Shown here piece after piece: positions 7,901 to 17,017 of a stretch of 64,000 nucleotides of DNA. The position numbers and the translations under genes were made by a program. Source of the stretch: an uncultured Acetobacteraceae bacterium (GTDB taxonomy: Bacteria; Pseudomonadota; Alphaproteobacteria; Acetobacterales; Acetobacteraceae); contig CAXUDP010000002.1 in assembly GCA_964249735.1 (NCBI GenBank), positions 1,052 to 65,051 on the forward strand, given 5' to 3'. Under the pieces are notes generated by a model, which worked only from the letters and a program-made list of their open reading frames with translations, was not told the origin of the DNA and ran no database searches. Numbering within the stretch: the stretch's first letter is position 1; every line of letters begins with the position of its first letter.

Positions 7901-10345
7901 TCAGAATTGGGAGCCGAAGCCGAATCGGAAGACCTGCTGCTTGTCGCTGGCCTGCTTCACCACCGGGATGCCGAGATCGACGTTGATCAGGCCGAACGGG
8001 CTCTTCCAGGACACGCCGACGCCGGTGCCGACTCGCGGCCGCAGGTTGTCGCCTAGGATCTTCTGATCCGTGTTGAAGGGGAACCGGGAGAAGTCGGTGG
8101 TGATGACGCGGGCGCCGGACAGGCCGCCGACATCGACGAAGTAGCGTCCCGACAGGCCGAGGTCGGGACCCACGGGCAGCGGGAAGTTCAGCTGGGAGGA
8201 CTGCGTGTAGATGAAGCGGCCGCCGAGCGCGTCCGCCGCCGGGTAGTGGTTGGTGGGGTTGGAATAGGGGCCGACGCCGCCGTCATAGAAGCCGCGCAGG
8301 TTGTCGCCGCCCAGGTAGAAGTTGTCGACGATGTCCTGCCGGCCGCCGCCGTAGTCGACCAGGTAGCCGGTGCCGGCCTTGAGCGAGATCGTCCAGTCGT
8401 GGTTGCCGGTGAGATAGTCGAGCGGGATGAAGTAGGAGCCGTCGATCTTGCCGCGGACGTACTTCTCGTTGCCGCCGAGGCCTGCCACGTCGACGCCCAG
8501 GGTCACCACGTAGCCGTCATGCGGCGCCAGCCGGCTGTCGCGCCGATCGTAGGCCAGCGTGGTGCCGACCTGCGACAACAGCGACGTGCCTTCCTCCGCC
8601 TGCACGTAGAGGCTGGCCTGGGTGAAGATGTCCGACACGCGGCGGTCGGTCAGGGTGTAGTTCCAGGACTGCGACAGGTAGCGGTTGAACGCGTAGCCGA
8701 TGCGCGCGGTGCCGCCGATTCGGGTCTCGTAGTAGTTCTGGACGTTGGAGCTGTTGCCTTCGGTCTGGATGTCGAACAGGTCGATGCCGGCGACCATGTT
8801 GCGGCCGAGGAAGTACGGATCGGTCAGCGAGAAGTCCACCTGGCTCTCGTACTGGGCGATGGTGCCGCTCAGGCTGGCGTCGATGCCGGAGCCGACCAGG
8901 TTGGACTGGCGGATGCCGGCGTTGCCCAGCACGCCGGCATCGGTCGAGTAGCCGCCGCCCAGCGTGATCTGGCCGGTCGGCTTCTCGGTGAGGTTGGCGT
9001 TGACGTTGACCCGGTCGGGCGCGGAGCCGGGGGCGGTGTCCACCGTGACTGTGTTGAAGAAGCCCAGGTCCTGCAGGCTCTGCTTGGCGCGACGCTGCTC
9101 GGCCGGGGTGAACGGGTCGCCCTCGGCGAAGCCGAACTGGCGCCGGATCACCCGGTCCTGGGTGATGGTGTTGCCGTTGATGTCGATGCGGTCGACATAG
9201 ACGCGCGGGCCTTCGCTCACGTCGAACAGCAGGTCCACGGTGTGGTTGTCGGTGTTGCGCGCGATCTCCGGACGCACGGAGGCGAAGGGCTCGCCGCTGG
9301 CCTGCAGCCTGGTCTGCATCGCCTCCGTCACCCGCTGGACGTCGTCGCCGTTGTACCACTGGTGCTCGAACAGCCCGACCTGGGGGCGCAGGCTCTCCGA
9401 GCTGACGTGGCGCAGGGTGGACTTCACCTCGATGTGGCCGATGCGGTAGCGCGGCCCCTCGCTGATCGTGAAGGTGATCAGGAACGACTTGCGGTCTGGG
9501 GCCAGCTCGGCGGTGGCGTCGTTGACGGTGAAGTCGACATAGCCGTTGCGCAGGTAGAAGCGTCGCAGCAGCTCGGAGTCGTACTTCACCCGGTCCGGGT
9601 TGTACTCGTCGGAGGTGGAGAAGAACCGGTACCAGGCCGTCTCCTTGGACGTGATCACCTGGGCCAGGCGCGCCTCGCCGAACGCCTTGTTGCCGACGAA
9701 GCTGACCTTGCGGATCAGGGTCAGCTCGCCCTCGGTGATCTGGAAGATCACGTCGACCCGGTTGTGCGACAGCCGGATGATCTGCGGCGTCACGGTGACG
9801 GCGTAGCGGCCCTTCTGGGCATACAGGTCGAGGATCTTCTGCCGGTCGCGGCTAGCCATCTCGGGGGTATAGACGGCACGCGCGCGCAGCTCGATCTCCT
9901 TGCGCAGGTCCTCGTCCTTGTTGGCGTGGTTGCCCTCGAACGAGATGCGGTTGACGATCGGGTTCTCGACCACCACCACCACCAGCGTGTCGCCGTTGCG
10001 GTGCAGGGTCACGTCGCGGAACAGCCCAGTGGCGTAGAGCGTCTTCAGGCTGCGGTCGAGCTCTTCCTGGTTGAACGGCTCGCCCGCCTGCACCACCAGG
10101 TAGGACAGCACGGTGCCGGTCTCGATGCGCGAGTTGCCCTCCACCCGGATCGACCGGATGGTGCCGCCGGTCTCCGCCGGCTCCGGTGCCGGGCGATGTC
10201 CGACGGCGCCGCGACGCACCGGATGGTGCCGCACCGCCTGGGCTCCGGTCTCGGGAGCCGGGGCTTGCGCATCCTGCGCGGCGGCGGTGGTGGCGAAGGG
10301 AAGCAGGCAGACGGAAGCGAGCAGAGCAGAACGTTTACCGGACAA
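7901..10345 (-). CDS. bamA: Outer membrane protein assembly factor BamA
   Basis: 814 aa. Signal peptide, then five POTRA-like repeats (IRSIRVEGNSRIETGTVLSYL.., IVNRISFEGN.., IRKVSFVGNKAF..). C-terminal Omp85 barrel ends ...QVFRFGFGSQF. Confidence 0.93.
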   Translation of the reverse strand: MSGKRSALLASVCLLPFATTAAAQDAQAPAPETGAQAVRHHPVRRGAVGHRPAPEPAETGGTIRSIRVEGNSRIETGTVLSYLVVQAGEPFNQEELDRSLKTLYATGLFRDVTLHRNGDTLVVVVVENPIVNRISFEGNHANKDEDLRKEIELRARAVYTPEMASRDRQKILDLYAQKGRYAVTVTPQIIRLSHNRVDVIFQITEGELTLIRKVSFVGNKAFGEARLAQVITSKETAWYRFFSTSDEYNPDRVKYDSELLRRFYLRNGYVDFTVNDATAELAPDRKSFLITFTISEGPRYRIGHIEVKSTLRHVSSESLRPQVGLFEHQWYNGDDVQRVTEAMQTRLQASGEPFASVRPEIARNTDNHTVDLLFDVSEGPRVYVDRIDINGNTITQDRVIRRQFGFAEGDPFTPAEQRRAKQSLQDLGFFNTVTVDTAPGSAPDRVNVNANLTEKPTGQITLGGGYSTDAGVLGNAGIRQSNLVGSGIDASLSGTIAQYESQVDFSLTDPYFLGRNMVAGIDLFDIQTEGNSSNVQNYYETRIGGTARIGYAFNRYLSQSWNYTLTDRRVSDIFTQASLYVQAEEGTSLLSQVGTTLAYDRRDSRLAPHDGYVVTLGVDVAGLGGNEKYVRGKIDGSYFIPLDYLTGNHDWTISLKAGTGYLVDYGGGRQDIVDNFYLGGDNLRGFYDGGVGPYSNPTNHYPAADALGGRFIYTQSSQLNFPLPVGPDLGLSGRYFVDVGGLSGARVITTDFSRFPFNTDQKILGDNLRPRVGTGVGVSWKSPFGLINVDLGIPVVKQASDKQQVFRFGFGSQF

Positions 10346-10533
10346 GGCGACCCATCCCCCAGGACTGCTTTCCGAGGCCGCCTCCCCCCGATCGGGGCTC
10401 GTCGCTCGCTCGGACGCCAGCCCGTCGCCACCGGACGATGACGCGATCGGGAGGCAGCATCCGTTGCGGCGGAGCTACCCGAATACCGAGCACCTGCGCA
10501 AGCGCGGTGCCGCGACCATCGCCACCCCTCTGG

Positions 10534-11661
10534 TCATCCGATCACATGGCGGAGCCAGCCGAACAGGCCGAACTGGGCCAGGTCGTTGACGGTGGCGAAC
10601 AGGAACACCCCGGCGATCAGGGCGAAGCCGGCGCGGAACCCCGCCTCCTGCACGCCGCGCGACACCGGCCGGCCGCGCAGCGCCTCGATCGCGTAGAACA
10701 CCAGCCGGCCGCCGTCGAGGATCGGCACCGGCAGCAGGTTCACCAGCCCGAGGTTGATCGACAGGATGGCCATGAAGGTCAGGAGGCTGGCGGTGCCGGC
10801 GGCGGCAAACTGCCCGGACATCTGCGCGATCCGCAGCGTGCCGCCGAGCTGGGAGGCGGCGACGTGGCCTGTGAGCATCTGCCACAGCCCGGCGACCCAG
10901 CTCGCGATCACCACCGCAGTGGTGTGCACCGCCGCCACCAGCGCCTTGACCGGACCCACGCGACGCGGCGGCGGCGGCTCCGCCATCACGCCGAGCTGCC
11001 CGGTGGTCAGCCCGCCCCCGCTATGCACCGTGCCGAGCGTGGCCGGAAGGTCGAGCGCGTGGCCATCGCGCTGCACCTGGAGCCGCACAGTGCGGCCGGG
11101 GCTGGCGGCGATCAGCCGCTGCAGGTTGCCGAAGCTGGCGATGGGCGCCCCGTCCACCGCCTCGATCAGGTCGCCTTCCTTCAGGCCCGCCCGCTCGGCG
11201 GCGCTTCCCGAGGCGATCCCGCCCACGAGGGGGCGCATCATCGCCAGGTCGGACGGGTCGGCCGGCTTGCCCGCCGTCGCGAACACGGCGGCGAACAGCA
11301 CCACCGCGAGCAGGAAGTTGAACACCGGGCCGGCGGCGATCACGATCGCCCGGCTCAGCACCGGCTTGTCATGGAAGGTGCGGCCCGGCAGCCAGGCGGC
11401 GCGCATCTCCGGGCTGGCGTCCTCCGGCCCCTCGAAGCCGTGCGGCTTCACGTAACCGCCGATCGGCAGCACGCACAGGCGCCATTCGGTGCCGACCCGG
11501 TCGCGCCAGCGCAGCAGCGGCTTGCCGAAGCCGATGGAGAACACCTCGACATGGACGCCGCGCCAGCGCGCCGCCAGGTAGTGGCCGAGCTCGTGCACGA
11601 ACACCAGCACGCCGAGCACGAACAAGGCAGCGAGAACGGTACGCAGGAAGTCGGGCAGCAT
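10534..11661 (-). CDS. rseP: RIP zinc metalloprotease RseP
   Basis: 3' 1128 nt of track ORF 10534..12126, starting MLPDFLRTVLAALFVLGVLVFVHELGHYLAARW (HExxH). Has a PDZ region (GIASGSAAERAGLKEGDLIEAVDG) and a C-terminal NLLPVPILDGG motif. Confidence 0.9.
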   Translation of the reverse strand: MLPDFLRTVLAALFVLGVLVFVHELGHYLAARWRGVHVEVFSIGFGKPLLRWRDRVGTEWRLCVLPIGGYVKPHGFEGPEDASPEMRAAWLPGRTFHDKPVLSRAIVIAAGPVFNFLLAVVLFAAVFATAGKPADPSDLAMMRPLVGGIASGSAAERAGLKEGDLIEAVDGAPIASFGNLQRLIAASPGRTVRLQVQRDGHALDLPATLGTVHSGGGLTTGQLGVMAEPPPPRRVGPVKALVAAVHTTAVVIASWVAGLWQMLTGHVAASQLGGTLRIAQMSGQFAAAGTASLLTFMAILSINLGLVNLLPVPILDGGRLVFYAIEALRGRPVSRGVQEAGFRAGFALIAGVFLFATVNDLAQFGLFGWLRHVIG

Positions 11662-11707
11662 GGGAAGCCTCCCAGGGCTCAGGCGAAGGGGCTCAAGGCA
11701 GCGAGGC

Positions 11708-12877
11708 TCAGGCGGCGCGTGCGGCGGCGCGGCGGGAGGCAAAGGCCACGGCCTGTCGCCGCGCCTCGCCGTCCCAGTGCAGCACCGCATCGAGCGTGTC
11801 GGCCGGCGGCGCGCCCAGCCGGCCCAGCACCGCCTCGACCAGACGGGCGATGTCGAGATAACCGATCCGCCGGTCGAGGAACGCGTCCACCGCGACCTCG
11901 TTGGCGGCGGACAGGATCGCCGGCGCCGCCCCCCCGTCGCGCAGCGCCGCACGCGCCAGGCGGAGTGCCGGGAAGCGCAGCGGGTCCGGCGCCTCGAAGT
12001 CAAGCCGCGCGATCTGCGCCAGGTCGAGGCGCGGGCTGTTGGTGGCGATGCGCGCCGGCCAGGCGAGGGCGTGGGCGATCGGGATGCGCATGTCCGCGGC
12101 ACCCAGCTGCGCCAGCACGCTGCCATCGGCGTACTGCACCATCCCGTGCACCACCGATTGCGGATGCACCAGCACGTCGATCCGCTCCTCGGGGAGATCG
12201 AAGATCCGCGCCGCCTCGATCACCTCCAGGCCCTTGTTGAACATGGTGGCGGAGTCGATGCTAATCTTGGCGCCCATTGACCAAGTCGGGTGTCGCAGCG
12301 CCGCCTCCGGTCCTGCCGCCTCCATCTGCTCCAGGCTCGCGCTGCGGAACGGCCCCCCGGAGGCGGTGAGCACGATCTTCTCGACAGCGCGTTCCTGCCG
12401 GTCGGCCATGGCCTGGAACACTGCGTTATGCTCGGAATCGACCGGCAGCAGGGTTGCGCCGGCGTCCCTTACCGCGCGCAGCATCACGTCACCGGCGCAG
12501 ACCAGCGCCTCCTTGTTGGCCAGCGCCACAGTGCGGCCGCCGCGGACCGCCTCGAGCGTCGGCGCCAGCCCGGCAGCGCCGGTGATCGCCGCCATGGTCC
12601 AGTCCGCCGGCTCGGCGGCCGCCTCACACACCGCGGCCCGACCTCCCGAGACGCGTATGCCGGTGCCGTCGAGCAGGTCGCGCAGCACCGGCAGGCCAGC
12701 CTCGTCGGCGATCACCGCGTGTCCCGCCCGGAGCGCCCTCGCCTGCTCGGCGAGCTTCGCGGCATTGCGGCCGCCGACCAGCACCTGGACGCGGTAGCGC
12801 TCCGGCGCCTGCAGCAGCAGGTCGACCGTGCTGCCGCCGATGCTGCCGGTGCTGCCGAGAATGGAAACGCTCTTCAT
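11708..12877 (-). CDS. dxr: 1-deoxy-D-xylulose 5-phosphate reductoisomerase
   Basis: Starts MKSVSILGSTGSIGGSTVDLL (NADPH motif). Contains ALANKEALVCAG and PVDSEHNAVFQ. The N-terminal extension of the track ORF has no Dxr-like sequence. Confidence 0.92.
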   Translation of the reverse strand: MKSVSILGSTGSIGGSTVDLLLQAPERYRVQVLVGGRNAAKLAEQARALRAGHAVIADEAGLPVLRDLLDGTGIRVSGGRAAVCEAAAEPADWTMAAITGAAGLAPTLEAVRGGRTVALANKEALVCAGDVMLRAVRDAGATLLPVDSEHNAVFQAMADRQERAVEKIVLTASGGPFRSASLEQMEAAGPEAALRHPTWSMGAKISIDSATMFNKGLEVIEAARIFDLPEERIDVLVHPQSVVHGMVQYADGSVLAQLGAADMRIPIAHALAWPARIATNSPRLDLAQIARLDFEAPDPLRFPALRLARAALRDGGAAPAILSAANEVAVDAFLDRRIGYLDIARLVEAVLGRLGAPPADTLDAVLHWDGEARRQAVAFASRRAAARAA

Positions 12878-12878
12878 G

Positions 12879-13796
12879 TCAGGAGGTCCCGCGGGCTGCC
12901 GGCCCCGCCGCATGAGGGATGTCGAAGGCGTACCAGAAACCCGCACCCTGCGGCGCCGCGAGAGACAGCAGGGCCGCCACCGGTGCGGCGGCGAGCAGGC
13001 CGTCGAACCGGTCCAGCAGGCCGCCATGGCCGGGGATAAGCCGGCCGGAATCCTTGACCCCGCTGCGCCGCTTGAACGCGCTCTCCGCAAGGTCGCCGGC
13101 CTGCGACACCAGGCCGAGCAGCAGCCCGGCGGCAAGACCGCGCGCGGCCACCGCCGACAGCTCCGCCCCGTGCGGCACAGGCAGCAGCAGCGCCAGCAGC
13201 GCGCCCACCAGCATGGCGCCGGACAGGCCGCCCAGAGCCCCCGACCAGGTCTTGCCCGGCGAGATGCGCGGCGCCAGCCTGGCGCCGCCCAGCGCGCGGC
13301 CGGCGAGATAGGCGAAGCTGTCGCTCGACCACACCACCAGCACGACGAACAGCACGCTGTCCCAGCCGGTGCCGACGGTGAAGCGCAGCCAAAGCAGCGC
13401 CAGCCCGGCCAGCCCGATCGTCACCGTGCCGAGGGCCACCGCCGGGCCCAGCAGCACAGGGGCCGCCAGCATCAACACCGCGTCGGTCCAGCGCCCGGGG
13501 ACGAGGGCGGCGACGCAGGCGACGGATGGCCATCCCAGGAGCACCATCGCGCGCAGGCTGCGCGTCGGATGATGCAGCAGCCCAGCCCATTCCAGCCCGG
13601 CCCCTGCCAGGCCCAGCATCACCAGCACCGCGAACAGCCAGCCGCCGGCCCAGATGCAGCCGAGCCCGACCGGCGCCAGCAGCCCGGCGGACAGCAGGCG
13701 CAGGCGCAGGTCGCGCCAGCTCCGGGAGGGAGGCGGTCCGGCCGGCCCGCCTGCCCTGGCCCCTGCCGCAGCCACCTCAGCCAGGACGGGCGCCAT
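12879..13796 (-). CDS. cdsA: Phosphatidate cytidylyltransferase
   Basis: Polytopic protein with the CdsA signature SAFKRRSGVKDSGRLIPGHGGLLDRFDGLL near the C-terminus. Start chosen at MAPVLAEV (20-nt overlap with uppS); start uncertain. Confidence 0.82.
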   Translation of the reverse strand: MAPVLAEVAAAGARAGGPAGPPPSRSWRDLRLRLLSAGLLAPVGLGCIWAGGWLFAVLVMLGLAGAGLEWAGLLHHPTRSLRAMVLLGWPSVACVAALVPGRWTDAVLMLAAPVLLGPAVALGTVTIGLAGLALLWLRFTVGTGWDSVLFVVLVVWSSDSFAYLAGRALGGARLAPRISPGKTWSGALGGLSGAMLVGALLALLLPVPHGAELSAVAARGLAAGLLLGLVSQAGDLAESAFKRRSGVKDSGRLIPGHGGLLDRFDGLLAAAPVAALLSLAAPQGAGFWYAFDIPHAAGPAARGTS

Positions 13797-14589
13797 AGCG
13801 GCGCTCGCGCCGGGTGAACTCCTCGATCGCGTGGACCAGGTGGCGCGCCTCGAAGTCGGGCCACAGCACGTCGAGGAACACCAGCTCGGCATAGGCCGAC
13901 TGCCAGAGCAGGAAGTTGGACAGCCGGCACTCGCCGCTGGTGCGTATCACCAGGTCGGGATCCGGGATGCCGTCGGTGGACAGGTGGCGGGCGAAGCCGG
14001 CCTCGTCGAGCGCGTCGGGCTGCAGGGTGCCGGCCTGGGCGGCCTCGGCGATGCGGCGCGCCGCCTGCAGGATCTCGGCGCGCGCGCCATAGGACAGCGC
14101 CACGATCAGGGTCAGCCGGGTGTTGGACGCGGTCAGGCGCTCGGCGTTGTCCAGTTCGGCGCGTATCTCGGGACCGAACCGCTCGTGCTCGCCGATCACG
14201 CGGACCCGCACCCCTTCTCGGTGCAGCTCGGCGATCTCGCTGCGCAGGTAGTGACGCAGCAACGCGGTCAGGTCGGTGACCTCGTCCGCCGGACGGCGCC
14301 AATTCTCGGAGGAGAATGCGTACAGGGTGAGCCAGCGGACGTCGTTCTCGATCGCCGCGCGGATGCAGCGGCGCACCGCCTGCGCGCCGGCACGGTGGCC
14401 TGCCACGCGCGGCAGCCGCCGGCCGGCAGCCCAGCGGCCGTTGCCGTCCATGATGATCGCGACGTGGTCGGGCCGCCGCGCGCCTCGATCGGGCACGGCC
14501 AGGGCGGCGGCCGGAGCCGGCACCAGCCGGGCCGATGCGGACGCCGGGACGGGAACGGGCTCGGTCAGGACGATCTCTGGCTCGGCCAA
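13777..14589 (-). CDS. uppS: Isoprenyl transferase (undecaprenyl diphosphate synthase)
   Basis: HVAIIMDGNGRWA, LTLYAFSSENWRRP and DLVIRTSGECRLSNFLLWQSAYAELVF are cis-prenyltransferase signatures. Confidence 0.9.
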   Translation of the reverse strand: MAEPEIVLTEPVPVPASASARLVPAPAAALAVPDRGARRPDHVAIIMDGNGRWAAGRRLPRVAGHRAGAQAVRRCIRAAIENDVRWLTLYAFSSENWRRPADEVTDLTALLRHYLRSEIAELHREGVRVRVIGEHERFGPEIRAELDNAERLTASNTRLTLIVALSYGARAEILQAARRIAEAAQAGTLQPDALDEAGFARHLSTDGIPDPDLVIRTSGECRLSNFLLWQSAYAELVFLDVLWPDFEARHLVHAIEEFTRRERRYGARPG

Positions 14590-14592
14590 GTA

Positions 14593-15156
14593 TCAGACCT
14601 GCCTGATCTCGCGGTCCTTGTCCGCGAGGCTGTCATCGATCCGCTTCACATACGAGTCGGTGAGCTTCTGCACGGCATCGGACCAGTCCTTGACGTCGTC
14701 CTCGCTGATCTCGCCCTTCCTTTCCAACCCCTTGACCTGGTCCATGCCGTCGCGGCGCACGCCGCGCACCGCGATCTTGGCGTTCTCGGCGTAGCGGCCG
14801 GCTGCCTTGGCCAGCTCGACGCGGCGCTCGGCGGTCAGCATCGGGATCGGCACACGGACGATCTGGCCGTCCGCGGACGGGTTCAGCCCGAGCCCAGCGT
14901 CGCGGATCGCCCGCTCCACCGCACCCACCAGGGTGCGGTCCCAGACCTGCACCGTGATCATCCGGGCTTCCGGCACCGCGATCGAGCCGACCTGGGTGAT
15001 CGGCACCTCGCCGCCATAGGCCTCGACCCGCACCGGCTCCAGCAGCGCCGGGCTGGCTCGGCCGCTGCGCAGGCCGGCGAAGTCGCGGCGGAGCGTTTCC
15101 AGCGCGCCGTCCATGCGTCGCGTCAGGTCCTGTGTCAGGCTGGTCTGGTCGGCCAC
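14593..15156 (-). CDS. frr: Ribosome recycling factor
   Basis: 3' part of track ORF 14593..16020. GTG start (complement 15154-15156) with GGAG 10 nt upstream. Reads [47 protein letters not shown]...; 187 aa, the typical Frr length. Confidence 0.9.
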   Translation of the reverse strand: MADQTSLTQDLTRRMDGALETLRRDFAGLRSGRASPALLEPVRVEAYGGEVPITQVGSIAVPEARMITVQVWDRTLVGAVERAIRDAGLGLNPSADGQIVRVPIPMLTAERRVELAKAAGRYAENAKIAVRGVRRDGMDQVKGLERKGEISEDDVKDWSDAVQKLTDSYVKRIDDSLADKDREIRQV

Positions 15157-15188
15157 GGTGCATGAACTCCGATGACGTGCGGCGCTGG

Positions 15189-15941
15189 TCAGGCCGGACC
15201 TGTGATCCGGGTGAAGCGGCCCTCGCCGCGCATCACCTTGGCGAAGGCGCCGTGGGCGTGGATGTTGAAGACGATGATCGGCAGGTTGTTCTCGCGGGCC
15301 AGGCTGATGGCGGCCGCGTCCATCACGTTCAGGTCCTGCGACAGCACGTCGAGATAGCTCAGCTCCTCGAACCGCGTCGCGTCGGGATTCTTGCGCGGAT
15401 CGTCGGAATACACCCCGTCCACCTGGGTGCCCTTGAACAGGGCGGCGCAGTCCAGCTCGGCAGCGCGCAGTGCGGCCGCGGTGTCGGTGGTGAAGAACGG
15501 GTTGCCGGTGCCGGCGGCAAAGATCACCACCCGGTTCTTCTCCATGTGACGCATGGCGCGGCGGCGGATGTAGGACTCCGCGATCCCCGGCATCTGGATC
15601 GCCGACATCACCCGGGTGTCGACGCCGACCCGTTCCAGCGCGTTCTGCATCATCAGGGCGTTGATCACGGTCGCCAGCATGCCGGCATAGTCGCCTTGCG
15701 CCCGGTCCATGCCGCGCGCCGCCGCGGCGATGCCGCGGAAGATGTTGCCGCCGCCGATCACCAGGCCGATCTCGATGCCCATGGCGTGCACGCTGGCGAC
15801 GTCGGCAGCGATCGCCGACACCGTTTCGGGATCCAGTCCGAAGCTGCCCTCGCCCATCAGCGCCTCGCCGGAAACCTTCAGCAGCACGCGGCGGTACAGC
15901 GCCGGGATCGACGGGTCGGCACTTCGGTCGGGTCCGGACAT
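15189..15941 (-). CDS. pyrH: UMP kinase
   Basis: 250 aa. [25 protein letters not shown] and [23 protein letters not shown] are amino-acid-kinase/PyrH motifs. Confidence 0.93.
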   Translation of the reverse strand: MSGPDRSADPSIPALYRRVLLKVSGEALMGEGSFGLDPETVSAIAADVASVHAMGIEIGLVIGGGNIFRGIAAAARGMDRAQGDYAGMLATVINALMMQNALERVGVDTRVMSAIQMPGIAESYIRRRAMRHMEKNRVVIFAAGTGNPFFTTDTAAALRAAELDCAALFKGTQVDGVYSDDPRKNPDATRFEELSYLDVLSQDLNVMDAAAISLARENNLPIIVFNIHAHGAFAKVMRGEGRFTRITGPA

Positions 15942-16219
15942 CGATCCTCGCGGCGTGGCGGCCCATCCGGTACGGCCCGGTCGGCGCGCTTCTCATAATG
16001 CCCAGGCCGGGCGCCCACAAGCGCCGTGATGCCGTGTCGGGCGGACACGCCAGCCGGTGCCGCGGGCGGAAAAGCCAGCCGGCTCGTTTGTCGCAGCGTC
16101 TGGCTTCGACCCAGGGCGTGTGAAAGGACGGCAGCCTAGACCTTCATCGCCGCTTCTTCTGCCTCCGTGGACGCTTGGCAGGACGCGCAGGCGGTGTAGG
16201 AACGGATCGGCAGGGCAGC

Positions 16220-17017
16220 ATGTCGCTCCTGCAACGAAGGCTGGCGATGCGGGACGACAAGGGTGGCGGGACAGCCCCTGTGGAAGCACTGGTCAGTGCC
16301 GAACGCATCTGCAAGTCCTTCGGGACCAAGCGGGCGCTGTCGGACCTGACGTTCTCCATCCCGTCCGGCCGCGTCTGCGGCCTGCTGGGACCGAATGGAG
16401 CCGGCAAGACGACGCTGTTCCGCCTGTTGAACGGCCTGCTGCAAGCCAGCGGCGGCGAGATCAGGGTGGCCGGCCAGGACGCGTTCACCGACCGGGTCGA
16501 GGTCATGCGCCTGGTCGGCTTCCTGCCGGACGAGCCGGTGTTCTATTCCTACCTGTCCGGGCGCGAGATCCTGGAGCTGAGTGCCGCCATGCACGGGCTG
16601 GACGTCCCGGCGACGCTCGAGCGCATGGCGCCGGTGATCGCGCAGCTCCGGATGGCGGACGACCTCGGGAACTATGCCGAGGACTATTCGCGCGGCATGA
16701 AGAAGAAGCTGGGCCTGCTGCTGGCCTTGCTGCACCAGCCGCGCCTGCTGGTGCTGGACGAGCCGACCAACGGCCTGGACGTCGAGGCCATCCACCTGTT
16801 CTACGACCTGATCCTGGCCGAGGCAGGACGGGGCACCACCGTGCTGTTCTCGACCCACCTGATGGATCACGTCGCCCGGCTGTGCTCGCACGTCATCGTC
16901 ATCAACGAAGGCAGGATGGTGACGGAAGGCGCGCTGGACGAGCTGCGTGCCCGGCATGGCGGCGCCAGCCTGGAGGACGTGTTCCTCCAACTCACGGCGC
17001 GGCCGGCCCAAGGATGA
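16220..17017 (+). CDS. ABC transporter ATP-binding protein (ABC-2 exporter type)
   Basis: Walker A GLLGPNGAGKTT, Q-loop FLPDEP, signature-like YSRGMKKK, Walker B LLVLDEPTNGLD, H-loop FSTHLM. Start uncertain: track TTG at 16175, ATG at 16220 or 16247. The stop overlaps the next ORF's ATG. Confidence 0.85.
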   Translation: MSLLQRRLAMRDDKGGGTAPVEALVSAERICKSFGTKRALSDLTFSIPSGRVCGLLGPNGAGKTTLFRLLNGLLQASGGEIRVAGQDAFTDRVEVMRLVGFLPDEPVFYSYLSGREILELSAAMHGLDVPATLERMAPVIAQLRMADDLGNYAEDYSRGMKKKLGLLLALLHQPRLLVLDEPTNGLDVEAIHLFYDLILAEAGRGTTVLFSTHLMDHVARLCSHVIVINEGRMVTEGALDELRARHGGASLEDVFLQLTARPAQG